A stretch of DNA of 64,000 bases from Eledone cirrhosa. Lineage: Eukaryota. The notes under the pieces are model-generated. The model was not told the origin of the DNA and searched no databases. It saw only the letters and a program-made list of their open reading frames with translations. Location of the stretch: assembly GCA_964016885.1 (NCBI GenBank), contig OZ024740.1, positions 54,064,001 through 54,128,000 of the forward strand. Reading direction: 5' to 3'. The translations under genes were made by a program, and so were the position numbers. Positions within the stretch are counted from its first letter, which is position 1; every line of letters starts with the position of its first letter. This document shows positions 12,373 to 23,580 of the stretch, piece after piece.

Positions 12373-14274
12373 ATGTTAAACGCAGCGAACGAAAATAGTG
12401 GTGGGGGGACAGCGGTAAGAGTTGTAAGCTCGCACGCTTTAGTCCCCCCTTCCTTCCCAACTAACGTCATAGAGAAGGAAGGAAAAATTAAAATAAAAAC
12501 AGACGAATCTGCGAAGAAAAAAAATGACGAAAACACAAATCTGGACTTGGATTCCAACAACGAAAAAAAAAATTTCGAAAAATTGCATGACAATACTAAT
12601 AACACAAACAAAGACACAACAAACACAAAAATAACATTTGAAAATAACACCATATCAGAAAACAAAGCAGACGACAAGATTTCATTTGCACAGAAAACAA
12701 AGAAATCTTTGACTTATATAGCGGAAAACATTTCAGATGTGGTACGAAGGATCACGGACGCCAAACAATACATAAGTGAAGGAGAGAATGGTATTTTATC
12801 GGTAAAAATGCCTCAAGAATTCACGAAAGACATTGAAAGCCGAACGGTCAAGTTTCGGACCATCAACAACAGTACAAAAAAACCTGAACAGCCTTCTCAA
12901 GCAGATATCAAAACAGTACTCACAGAAGTACTTAATGAAACCACTTTCATAAGAAAAGACAGACTGTATGGAAGCCTAGCAATTATCATGAAGAACGAAT
13001 CGGCGGCAAAAAAATATGCTTTGTCACCGATTCGTTCGAAAAATTTCACCTTTTATCCATCTTATATGGGGAAAAGAACTCAACGCATATGGCTGGATGC
13101 AATGATGCCAGATGTGGACTACTGCTGGCTCATAGCTGGCTTCATCGATCCAGTGAATGACAACGTGATTTCCATTGGGAAAACCACAGGCAATGCGTTC
13201 AGTGGAACAGGTATAGAGCTGGTAGTGCAAATGAAGCCTGAACGCATCGCCCAAATACCCGACAGAATCCTATTAGAGCACCACGGGTATATAAACATTA
13301 GCGTGGAGGGGAGAAGGCCGTCCTGCCATATCTGTGCAGGCAGAGGGCACCTGAAGGCCGCTTGTCCCCAACTCAACAAAAAGAAAACCCTGCTACCAAC
13401 ACCAGCTCCACCACCACCACCACCACAACAGATAAACAAACAACAAAACTCAGTCCCACCCAACCCGTCCCTCAGTAAAACCACAACACCACCACAACAC
13501 AAACAGTCACAACACATTACCCCAAAACAAAATACAGGCCCACCCAACCTCTCACTCAATAAAACAACACAACCACCGCAGACACAACACACAACACAGT
13601 CTAACATAGTGACATCCATCTCCCCCACAAAGAAAACCAACACGGAAACATTACCAGCAAACATACCTCTTCCCTCCAACACTGAAGATAACCCAACGAA
13701 TTCGGAGGAAGAAACGGAGTCCTTCAGACAGATTAAAAGGAAAAAAAGAAAACATGTGCAAAACACACAAGGCCAAACAACCCCCACCCAAATCTCAACA
13801 CGATCCAACAAAACAGAAAACACCCCTCCAGCAACAAACAAAACCAAACCTGCCCCTCCCCTCTTCGAAACACTCACACCATCCGAAAAAAAGACATTAC
13901 ACTATATTTACATCAACAGAAACAATAATAAATTAAATGAACTCATATACAATAATCCTTCGGTACAAACCGAAGGTGTAAACTTTGTTTCGTCAGAAAA
14001 CGACCCACATTTAAAACTAATAAAGATCCCAATGAACCTCTACCAAAAACTAAAAAAGGATTTTAAGGAGGACGTAGGACCACCCTCTGTCAAACCCATA
14101 AACCGCGTCCTACTAAAAAGCTTTCCCCCTCCCCTTCCCCTCCCCAACACAACTCTAAACACCCCAATCCCACCACACACTGACGACCCCACACCACCAC
14201 AAGGCACCCCTTCACCCAACACCCCCGACCCCATGGAAGTCGTGCAACCCGAACCCCGGGAAGCGGAAAGGTAG
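12373..14274 (+). CDS. LINE ORF1 (gag-like) with CCHC zinc knuckle and Pro/Thr/Gln-rich C-terminal half
   Basis: 633-aa ORF; CHICAGRGHLKAAC (CX2CX4HX4C); directly upstream of APE-RT. Confidence 0.85.
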   Translation: MLNAANENSGGGTAVRVVSSHALVPPSFPTNVIEKEGKIKIKTDESAKKKNDENTNLDLDSNNEKKNFEKLHDNTNNTNKDTTNTKITFENNTISENKADDKISFAQKTKKSLTYIAENISDVVRRITDAKQYISEGENGILSVKMPQEFTKDIESRTVKFRTINNSTKKPEQPSQADIKTVLTEVLNETTFIRKDRLYGSLAIIMKNESAAKKYALSPIRSKNFTFYPSYMGKRTQRIWLDAMMPDVDYCWLIAGFIDPVNDNVISIGKTTGNAFSGTGIELVVQMKPERIAQIPDRILLEHHGYINISVEGRRPSCHICAGRGHLKAACPQLNKKKTLLPTPAPPPPPPQQINKQQNSVPPNPSLSKTTTPPQHKQSQHITPKQNTGPPNLSLNKTTQPPQTQHTTQSNIVTSISPTKKTNTETLPANIPLPSNTEDNPTNSEEETESFRQIKRKKRKHVQNTQGQTTPTQISTRSNKTENTPPATNKTKPAPPLFETLTPSEKKTLHYIYINRNNNKLNELIYNNPSVQTEGVNFVSSENDPHLKLIKIPMNLYQKLKKDFKEDVGPPSVKPINRVLLKSFPPPLPLPNTTLNTPIPPHTDDPTPPQGTPSPNTPDPMEVVQPEPREAER

Positions 14275-14307
14275 GTCTCTACACTCTCCTTTGGCTCTGC
14301 CGCCCAC

Positions 14308-17300
14308 ATGGATGTGTTAAGAGTAGGATGTTTGAATGCACGTGGCCTGGGCTCAACTTGGAAGCAAGCAAAGCTTCTAAATGACCTCAGGTCATGTAGT
14401 ATAAATGTAATGGTTATCTGTGAGACTCGAATCAGCGTCGTGCGGCAGCTTGCCCCCACCTTCGATGACTTTGAGGTGCATGCATCTCTCTGTCAACCTG
14501 GAGGTGGGGGTGGGGTTGTCGTACTGCTGCAAAAACACCTAGGTCTTGCCGTACAGGTTGTGCACTCGGACCTGGAGGGTCGTTTGTTGGTGCTAGACGT
14601 TGGCAGTAGTGAAAGTGCGGCCTTGAGACTGGTCGCCGTCTACTCCCCTTTCGGAGCTGAACGGCCCGACATCTTCCAGCGTTTGTAGACTTTTCTGGGA
14701 ACGTCGCGTTCCCTGCTTCTAGCGGGGGATTGGAATGACATCCTGGATGCACGTTGGGACTATGCAGGAGCATGTTCTAATAGAGGGGGGTGTAACAGCC
14801 TCAAGGGGTTACTCGACCGTTTTAACTTGGTCGATAGATATCGACTAGATTTTCCAACTGTGCCTACCTGGACTTGGAGAAACCACAGTGGTCAATCTAG
14901 ATCGTACTTAGATAGATTCTTAGTTAGAAGTAAGGATAGGGACATATTAAGCTGTCCAGAAATGCGCACGGTTGGCTACACGGATCACAAATTAGTGACC
15001 TGCGTGGTCAATCTCGAGAAAACACATAGACAGGGTCCCGGTTACTGGAAACTTAATTTGTCTTTACCGGCAAAAGAGACTTACAGAAACCGGATTAGCA
15101 GATTAGTTAAGGAGAGGTTGACGGGTGCAATCGTCAACAACCGATGGTGGGCATCTCTCAAAAGAGAGATTAGAACAGAATCAATAAGTTATAGCAAGAT
15201 GTTAGCTGCCGATAGGAATAGAAACGAGAAAGAATTAACAGATAAATTAGAAGAGGCAATCAAGAGCGAAGATGTGGCCAGAGTGCTGGCATCGAGGACG
15301 GCCTTGAACCAGTTTTTCGATGCAAAGCACGAAGGCTGCGTCATTCGAAGTAAAATACGTGCTCTAGGTAATGAGGGGGCCAAAGCCGTTGGATGGGCCC
15401 GCGTGACAGAAGCTAAGAGTGGAAATCGATCCACCATCCGGTCGTTGCAAGACGAAGATGGACGGGTGATCCGGGAGCCTAAGCAGATGTGCGATGCCTT
15501 TCAAAGGCACTTTGCCCGATTGTTCGGGGGAGGGGAGGGTCCGGGCAGGGGCGTGGATTTCGGTCCATACCTCGACGGCCTGCCGCGTCTCTCGAGCGAA
15601 GAGGCAGAGTCCTGCGAGGGACCAATCTCGGCTGATGAGATCGGAGATGCGCTGAGCCAATGCAGCAGACGCAAATCTCCAGGTCTCGATGGTATACCTT
15701 ACGAACTTTATTTAGCAATGCCGGTCTTCTTCTCCGAACTCCTCGAAGCGGTCTACTGCAATTGGCAGCAGAACGGGAGAATTCCTTGTTCTGTAGCCAA
15801 GGGCGTAGTCACGCTGGTGAGGAAGGACGAGAACAAGGGGGATAGTATAAATAATTTTCGGCCCATAACCCTGCTAAACACAGAGTTAAAGATTTTGGCC
15901 AAGGTGTTGGCAAAGAGGTTGGCGCTTGTCGTGGGTGGCCTGGTGGGAGATGCGCAGACATGTGCTATCCCATCCAGGTCCATTCACGATAACCTCCACC
16001 TCATGCGATACATCATAGAGAGGGTTGGCAACAAACCCGGCTTCGGTGGGGCCCTGATCAACTTGGATCAGTCTAAGGCCTTCGATAGGGTCGACCATGG
16101 TTACCTGGATGCGGTGCTAGCGGCGGCTGGGTTCGGTCCTGTTTTCAGAGGCTGGATAACTGCCTTACATAGCAACCACATCTGTTCTAGGATCAAGGTG
16201 AACGGCTACCTTTCGAAGCCGTTCGAAATCACACGATCCATTCGACAGGGGTGCCCTCTCTCCTCTCTTCTGTACGTATTGACTCTCGAGCCTTTACTGA
16301 GGAAGTTGGAGTTGTTGCAGGGTATCCCCCTGGAACCAGGATTGAGCAAAGCGGTGTCGGCCTACGCCGATGACGTAACAGTAATGGTATCGACCGACTC
16401 GGAGATCGAGGCGATCGGTACCTTACTGGAGGAGTACGAAAGGTTGTCAGGAGCGAAACTGAACCGGGAAAAATCCATCGGGCTGCAACTCGGAACGTGG
16501 AGAGGCAGACCGATGCCTCCTGACGGTGTCGTCGGACACTGGACGGAGGGCCCGGTAAAGTTGCTTGGGGTCTGGTTTGGACCGGACCTCCAGGTGGAAA
16601 AGAACTGGAACGAGGTTACGAACAAGGTGTTTGCACTAACCCAGAAATGGGCCAAGTGTAAGCTGTCCCTAAAAGGCCGAGCGGAGGTGGCGAACGTTTA
16701 CATAGCGTCCGTCACTTACTACCGCCTGACTGTCGTGCCTTGCCCTAAGGAAACACTCACCACCATGGAACGCATGCTCTTCCAATTTCTTTGGAAGAAG
16801 CGCCCTCCTATGGTGAGAAGATCCATCTGCTGCCAACAACCTTCGAAAGGAGGGCTGGGGATGCCGTGGTTGATAATGCGTAGGCAAGCATTAAGGCTAC
16901 GGCACCTACAGGTATTCCTCACTGGTCAACCGGTGTGGGCTCCGTTCGTGAAACGAGCCTTTCCGAGACTCGTCTCGCTCACCGAGCTACAGTCCTGGGT
17001 CAAGCAAAGATCCGGAAAACTGGGAAACTGGCACACTGAGTGTGCTCAGGCGCTCAGGGCTCTCTGGCAAGCGGGCCGGGCCATCGGTGGAGAATCCACC
17101 TCATCATTCTATAGAGGGCTGGTGGCTAGCAGGGGCGATGACACCCTTGGAGAGTCGCTGGACATGGAAGAAGACGAACTGGCCAGCCTGTTCGGTAGGA
17201 CTTTCGGCCCAGGACCAATGGACAACTTCCAGAAGTCACTGGCCTGGCAGTGCTACCGGGGGGCTCTACCCGTTCGAGAGAGGCTCTACAGACACGGGCG

Positions 17301-17745
17301 CCCGGGCAGGGATCCCTCAAAAAAGATTTGCCCTAGATGCGTGCGTCACGAAGAAACCGTTGCGCACGCATTGGTGCAATGTCCGGGCGTGGCTGATCTG
17401 TGGGGCTACGCCGAACGACTGCTGTCGCGGGTGGCGCCGATTAAATTGACCGCCGAGTCCGTGATGACAATCAAACCGCCCCCCCTCTTCACAAAGGAAG
17501 CAAAGGCGGTTTTTCTGTGCGTAATAGCCATGTTGAAAGAGGTTGTTTGGTGGACACGATTGAAAGGTCTTAGGTCAGGCAACTTCCTCTCTGGCCATAG
17601 TCTGGTCTACTTCTTCCGATATCACTTCGGAAGAAGGATAAGAATGGAGAGAGAGGTGCTTGGCCACAGGCAGTTTTATGAAAGGTGGGTGATAGTGGCG
17701 AGAATGGCTCGTGTAAATGGGCCTTCTCTGTATACCATCCTGTAG
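14308..17745 (+). pseudogene. LINE ORF2 (APE endonuclease, RT, C-terminal zinc finger), interrupted by one in-frame TAG at 14686-14688
   Basis: LNARGL, ICETR, AVYSP, then in the same frame after the stop LAGDWN, SYLDRF, TDH; RT motifs KSPGLDG, FRPITLLN, LDQSKAFDRV, RQGCPLS, AYADD; CPRC...ETVAHALVQC. Confidence 0.92.
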
Positions 17746-17999
17746 GTAAAGAAGTAAAGGAGAGGGGAGCACCTTCTCCATGTGCTTCCCGGGCAAAGGA
17801 TTGCACACTTTTTCAGGGGTGTGTGCAACCCCCATCACGTCCCCTCCCTTTTGAGGTTATTTTCGATTGTTTTCATGTTACACCCTTTTTACTCGACTAT
17901 ATGTAAACTCCCCCTTTGTATTTGTCCCTTCTTTTTATGCCTTTATGGTAAATAAAGAAATCTATCTATCTATCTATCTATCTATCCTATCTATCTATC

Positions 18000-18055
<56 letters not shown>

Positions 18056-18056
<1 letters not shown>

Positions 18057-18254
18057 CGAAGGAAATGTGGTAAGGAACCAAGTGGACCATAACGCACCAA
18101 AGTACTCAATACTTAGGGGAGTAGGGTGGGTAATAGGAGCGAGTAGGACCCCGACGGCTGGGCTCAAGCCGTTTCGACGGCTGATTCTGGACTAAAATTA
18201 GTCCAGAATTAACCGTCGAAACGGCTTGAGCTCAGCCGTCGGGGTCCTACTCGC
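18056..18254 (-). mobile_element. Family C fold-back PLE pseudo-LTR fragment in (TA)n
   Basis: Arms ~18139-18193 and ~18198-18254; extension 18056-18138; homologous to 2742-2980. Confidence 0.8.
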
Positions 18255-18263
18255 TATATATAT

Positions 18264-18329
<66 letters not shown>

Positions 18330-18338
18330 TATATATAT

Positions 18339-18387
<49 letters not shown>

Positions 18388-18390
18388 TAT

Positions 18391-19330
18391 GTAGGAGGTG
18401 AGTTTTATTGTAGTACACCATATGGGCATTGAGGGCTTTTTCTCTATCCTCATGCTCCTGTGGTGTTACCTCTCTTGTGTTAGTGATGTGGGGTTGCATT
18501 GCCTGGATGTAGTTTGACAGGCTGTCAACCTGTAAAATAAGCCCCCATATTAACTGTAAAACTAGAAATGTAGTGTATAGCATAATATGTACTGAAGGAC
18601 AATGTAGAGACAAAAATATAGTGTACATAGGTGAGACAGCTCGTAGTGTAGGGGAACGGATAAATGAACACTGGCGAGACCTTCAAGATAGTAAAGAATC
18701 ATCTGTAATCTACCAACATGCTAAAATAGAACACAAGGGTAAATTATAGAACATAGAAATAAAAATAGAATCTACACACAGAAGAAACGCAATGTTTAGA
18801 CAAATTACAGAGGCAATAAACATAAAAGAATTACAACCAAAATTAAATAGAAAATATGAGTGGAACAGCAACATCACAACTTACAATTAAGGACAAAATG
18901 AAAACACACACACACATAGAACAAACAACTAACCAGTAACATGTAAATAAACAAATAAATAAATGAACATAAACACACACAGACACCCGGATGTGGCGCA
19001 TGCGCAGACTGAGCACACAACACACACACAGAAACAAAATGGCGTAGGACAGAACAAAGGAGAGGCACAGAAACAAAGAAACGAATCCCCAGTCACTGAA
19101 GAGGTCACAGAGTGTGTGACGAAAGAACTATGACAATATATAAACAACTATCTGGTTGTGGAACCAACCAACCAGAAATTTATAAATTTATTATAAATTT
19201 ATTATAATAAATTGACGTGAAAGCATTGGTGCGTGTGTTTCTTATTGGCAACATGATCCTCCCAAAGTATAACAATATCGGTTTCAACACACGATTTCAG
19301 ATAAAGGATCTTGCTAAACAAATTCAGAAA

Positions 19331-19333
<3 letters not shown>
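18391..19333 (+). mobile_element. 5'-truncated PLE (family B): GIY-YIG fragment plus pseudo-LTR, with a chimeric inverted left end
   Basis: GIY-YIG frame 18531-18890, hammerhead-like motif 19092-19134, 3' end at 19333 followed by (TA)n. Confidence 0.8.
18531..18890 (+). pseudogene. Penelope-type GIY-YIG endonuclease fragment (not in the ORF track)
   Basis: Manual translation: CKISPHINCKTRNVVYSIICTEGQCRDKNIVYIGETARSVGERINEH...QH...EH..*..RQITEAINIKELQPKLNRKYEW; stop at 18747-18749. Confidence 0.85.
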
Positions 19334-19397
<64 letters not shown>

Positions 19398-19399
<2 letters not shown>

Positions 19400-19623
19400 A
19401 ACGAGCCAGAAGATTGACAAGTCGACCTTAAATATGACTAATAGCTCTAGGAAAGCCATGAACGACACCACATGTTTCTAACTTTGATTTTGAAAGTAGG
19501 TTCATAATTATTAATTTTCATTGCTCTTCTGTAGCTGTGTCGGTGGCCTACTTGGAGGGATCATAGACGGTGGTGCTCCTGGTTTGAAGTTCAATCCTGG
19601 TCGGGAGTAGGGTCCCCGGTAAT
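19398..19623 (+). repeat. Dispersed ~225-bp repeat ending in a tRNA-like Pol III unit; second copy at 21158-21384
   Basis: First ~125 bp nearly identical to 21158-21285; A-box-like TGGCCTACTTGG and B-box GTTCAATCC. Confidence 0.7.
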
Positions 19624-19631
19624 ATATATAT

Positions 19632-19857
19632 ATTAGAAAGTGAGGTTTTTTTTACAAAATGAAAAATAACCGAGGTGTCTTACACGAGTGAAAGTATAAA
19701 GGAAAAGAGATGAAATCGAAAATGCAACTGGAGTCTTATTTATTTATTTTTTATTTTATTTTTTTTAAATATATATATTTATTTGGTTCCTTTACCGGTT
19801 TCGCAGCTCTTCTGCTTTTCAAAAGGTGAGTTGAGATGGAGGGTCTGTGGTTTTTCT

Positions 19858-19860
<3 letters not shown>
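19632..19860 (-). mobile_element. Terminal fragment of the Neptune-like PLE seen at 61281-64000
   Basis: High similarity to 61281-61491; starts at a TA run. Confidence 0.8.
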
Positions 19861-19898
<38 letters not shown>

Positions 19899-19901
<3 letters not shown>

Positions 19902-20024
19902 AAAAAGTTTAACCCCGACGCCAGATCTCAAGCTGTTTCGACGGCTATTTCTGGACTCTGCCATCGGGGTCATACTTTTTCCTATTTCCCACTCTACTAC
20001 CCTAAGTATTGAGTACTTGGCGTT
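19899..20024 (+). mobile_element. Family C fold-back, internally deleted
   Basis: accccgacgccagatctcaagctgtttcgacggctatttctggac joined to tctgccatcggggtcatacttttt...ccctaagtattgagtac. Confidence 0.65.
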
Positions 20025-20539
20025 ATATATATATATACATAAGAGGGGGTGTATAAATGTTCACGTTCTATGAATTAGCAAAGGGTGAGTGAAGGTCTCG
20101 GTAATTTCGTAACCAGTTATTAGCATGATGAGGTTCAATAGTTTTTGTTATAGCATTAGTTCCGTGTGAATAAACATGGAGATGAACGCTATTACTATCA
20201 GGTCATATCATAGTTGTTAAACACATTGCTGATAAACGTAACGTATAAGGGTTGTCCTTTCCTCTTTTAAATATCTTGCCGTTGTGTTGTTTTAGCCGAA
20301 ACTCTGTCCTGATCCAGCCGACCTACAATAGAAAATCATTACATACGTAACCATCTCGTCTCCTTCATAGATTCCGTACCCCTTAGATGTATTATTTAAT
20401 GTGCTCTTCATCTGTAAGTCAGTAGGACGATTTATCTGTCCCTTCTATTATAAATGTTTTGGGTCTACAGTGCTATCCTTATAGGAATATATTATATAAA
20501 ATATAATATATATAATATAAGTGTGGTAGATTGGCAGAA

Positions 20540-20731
20540 GGGTGGTGGATTGGCAGTATCGGTAGAGGGTTGGATGTCATGCTTTGCAGTATAGAGTTAT
20601 GCCCCTTTACGGTCTGAGTTCAAATCCCGCCGAGGTTAACTTTGCCTTCCAGCCTTACGAGGCCGATAAGATAAAGTACCAGTAATGCACTGAGATAATT
20701 GTTGGCCTTGTGCCAAAAGTAGAAAGAATTA
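20540..20731 (+). mobile_element. tRNA-derived SINE copy (preceded by a duplicated ~20-bp head)
   Basis: Homologous to the other copies; A and B boxes present. Confidence 0.85.
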
Positions 20732-21037
20732 TATAAAATATATTATATAGAATATATTATATAAAATACTTGTGTGGTATTTAATTTTATTGAATATAAA
20801 ATGATAAAATGTGCGCTCCTTTATTAAAAATTAAGTCAATACAATCTTACCGTTTAAGTTCAGAAGAATTTGGCTTACTACAGTCAAATATGATTCCATT
20901 AAGAAAGCATAGTTGATTTTAATGAGATTTGAGATTTAATATTTTAGGATGTAAACCGGACGCATCCGGCCACAATTCTCTCTCCTATTTCTGTTCAAAC
21001 CGGCTGTAACCGGCCCCTCATACTGATGTTAAGGCTA

Positions 21038-21082
<45 letters not shown>

Positions 21083-21157
21083 TATATTATTTGTTTGGTA
21101 AAATAATCAAATTAAATTAATTCAAAAGTTAAACACACATAGGAATAATAAGTTGTT

Positions 21158-21606
21158 ACCAAAGAGCCAGAAGATTGACAAGTCGACCTTAAATATGACT
21201 AATAGCTCTAGGAAAGCCATGAACGACACCACATGTTTCTAACTTTGATTTTGAAAGTAGGTTCATAATTATTAATTTTCATTGCACTTTTGTAGCTGTC
21301 GCGATGGGCTAGTCGGAGTGAGCATAGACGGTCGTGATCCTGGTTTGAAGTTCGATCCTGGTCGGCAGTAGGGTCCCCGGTAATCCTTTTCAGTTTTTTA
21401 TTCTATGGAATGTAAAATAAAAACTGAAGAAGACTACATGTACCACGATTGAACCCAAAACCAGGACCTCCACCGTCTCTAGTACCTACCACTAGGCCAC
21501 TGAGACAGCTACGGAAGTTTACTGAAAATTCATACTTATAAAGCTACTTTCAAAATGTTCAAAACAAAATAATGTGGCATCGTTCATCTCTTTCATAAAG
21601 TTATTG
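21158..21606. repeat. Inverted pair of diverged tRNA-like units with conserved upstream flanks
   Basis: ~21200-21365 (+) aligns with the reverse complement of ~21440-21606 (atgaacga(c/t)(a/g)ccacat, ttttgaaagtag, gtagctgtc, A box, agacggt, cctggttt, B box). Confidence 0.6.
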
Positions 21607-21850
21607 CTCTATCTTCTAGTACTCTATCTTCTACTGATATTAATATTTGTATCTACTAACGTAGCTTAGTTTAATATCCTTGCATTGTATTTCATATTAA
21701 ACTAGTAAAACCCTGTCGCTGCGCTGCTGGTACAATACACAGACATACAAACATCCAGAAAAATAACTTATGTATTGTATATATACATATAAGTGTGCCG
21801 AATAAATGTCTGTGATAATTTGTCTAATTGTTAAAGAACCCAGACAGATA

Positions 21851-21903
<53 letters not shown>

Positions 21904-22309
21904 TTTTGTTTCCACGAGAAAACATTTCCTAATGAAAGATATGGAAGTATGTCAATTTGTTATTATTATGACGTCGTCATGTTGTTGAATGACGCTTTCC
22001 AATATATACCAGTCTCTCTCACTCTATTTCTCTCCCAATACCAAAAATAACAGCAACTACGAGAAAAATCTGTCATTGTAGTAAGCGATCCACCGCTCTT
22101 CACACACGCTCTGTCTTACTGTGTTTATCTTTCAACAACAATGACTTTTCTCTCCTCCCCTTTCTTCCCTCCTTCTACATACATGTTGTGACGGACGGAC
22201 AAACTTAGAAACAGCTTCTCTTTTATAGTATAGATTACTTTTGCATTGTACACTTTGATTCATATTAACATATGGAAAATGTGTTGAGAAAGATATAAAT
22301 ATATATATG

Positions 22310-22395
<86 letters not shown>

Positions 22396-23580
22396 CAAGC
22401 CCCATATATATATATGTATGTGTGTATACATTCGGTAAATTAGGTAAATCCCGCAGTTTAATTGACACATGTATGAAGCGGCTACAAGTGTAATTAATCT
22501 ACTATTTGACCTCTTACACTGAGCCAGGTTTCTTCTATCAAGTCATCAATTATTATTGGCTGAAAATACTCGAGTGATTCAAAGGAGGATAGAGGAAAAT
22601 TTAATAGGTACAACTGAAGCAGATAAATGATTATTACTAAAATATATAATAAATAAAATGTGAACAATTATTAAGTAATCGACAAATCGACAAATGGATG
22701 ATATCAGCCAAATCAGTAACATTTTCTATTTATGTTCACTTTTGTGTTTATAACCTCACACTGTTTAGCATTCGTAAAAAATAGTAGCAGAATGTACTAG
22801 CCAATTTTCTTTCTAAGCTATTTTTACACATACATTTGAAAATATGTTTTAAATATATCTTACCAAAATGTGTTATCATGCTACGCTAGGCATTACTACT
22901 ATAGGTAGCTTAATTCTTGCTGGTGACTCATTGGTGGTTCACAGAAGATACCTAAATATCTATACTAAATTTCAGAGACAAAGTATATATGTTAAACTCC
23001 ACGATATTTAATTAGCAAAATATGAACTCGCTAAGAGTTTTATAAGTTTTCCAAAACTGGTTTCCAGTATCTCCAAGTCCAAATTTATGTTTACAAAGAT
23101 ACAAAGTCATATATATATAACATCTTATCATGTACGTAACAGTGGCCATGGCAAAAGCAAACTGCATATTGATATTTTTTCAACATTTGATACTGCAATA
23201 TATGTAAAAAGATTTGATACCGAAGTAGGATCTTTGGGCAAAGTATTCAATTGAATATATATATCAAGAATTAATTATATATATAAAACACTTCAAATAT
23301 TAACGAAGAAAATATAGTATCTAACTTATCCGTTCTTGGATAATTCGAGAAAGTTGAAGTGTTTCCAAGTGTGTGAAGAAAGAAACAAAACAAATTTTAG
23401 GATAATAAAATTGAATTCGTTAAAGATGAATATTTGTACATTAAACACATTCACCTACATACACATCTATCTGTCTCTCCCTCACACAGTAGCACAGGCA
23501 TACACACACTGTGTATATATATCTAAATATCCAGAGTAGGTAACCGAGACTGTGCCAATATGTATAATAATATATCATAA

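Larger units (their letters stand above)
12141..17960 (+). mobile_element. Apparently full-length Tx1/L1-clade non-LTR retrotransposon inserted in a (TATC)n microsatellite
   Basis: 5' UTR, ORF1, 33-nt spacer, ORF2, 3' UTR ending AATAAAGAAA; (TATC)n on both flanks. Confidence 0.9.

Noticed and set aside
13119-13877. 252-aa antisense ORF within LINE ORF1
   Set aside because: Shadow of the A/C-rich sense strand; low complexity, no domain.
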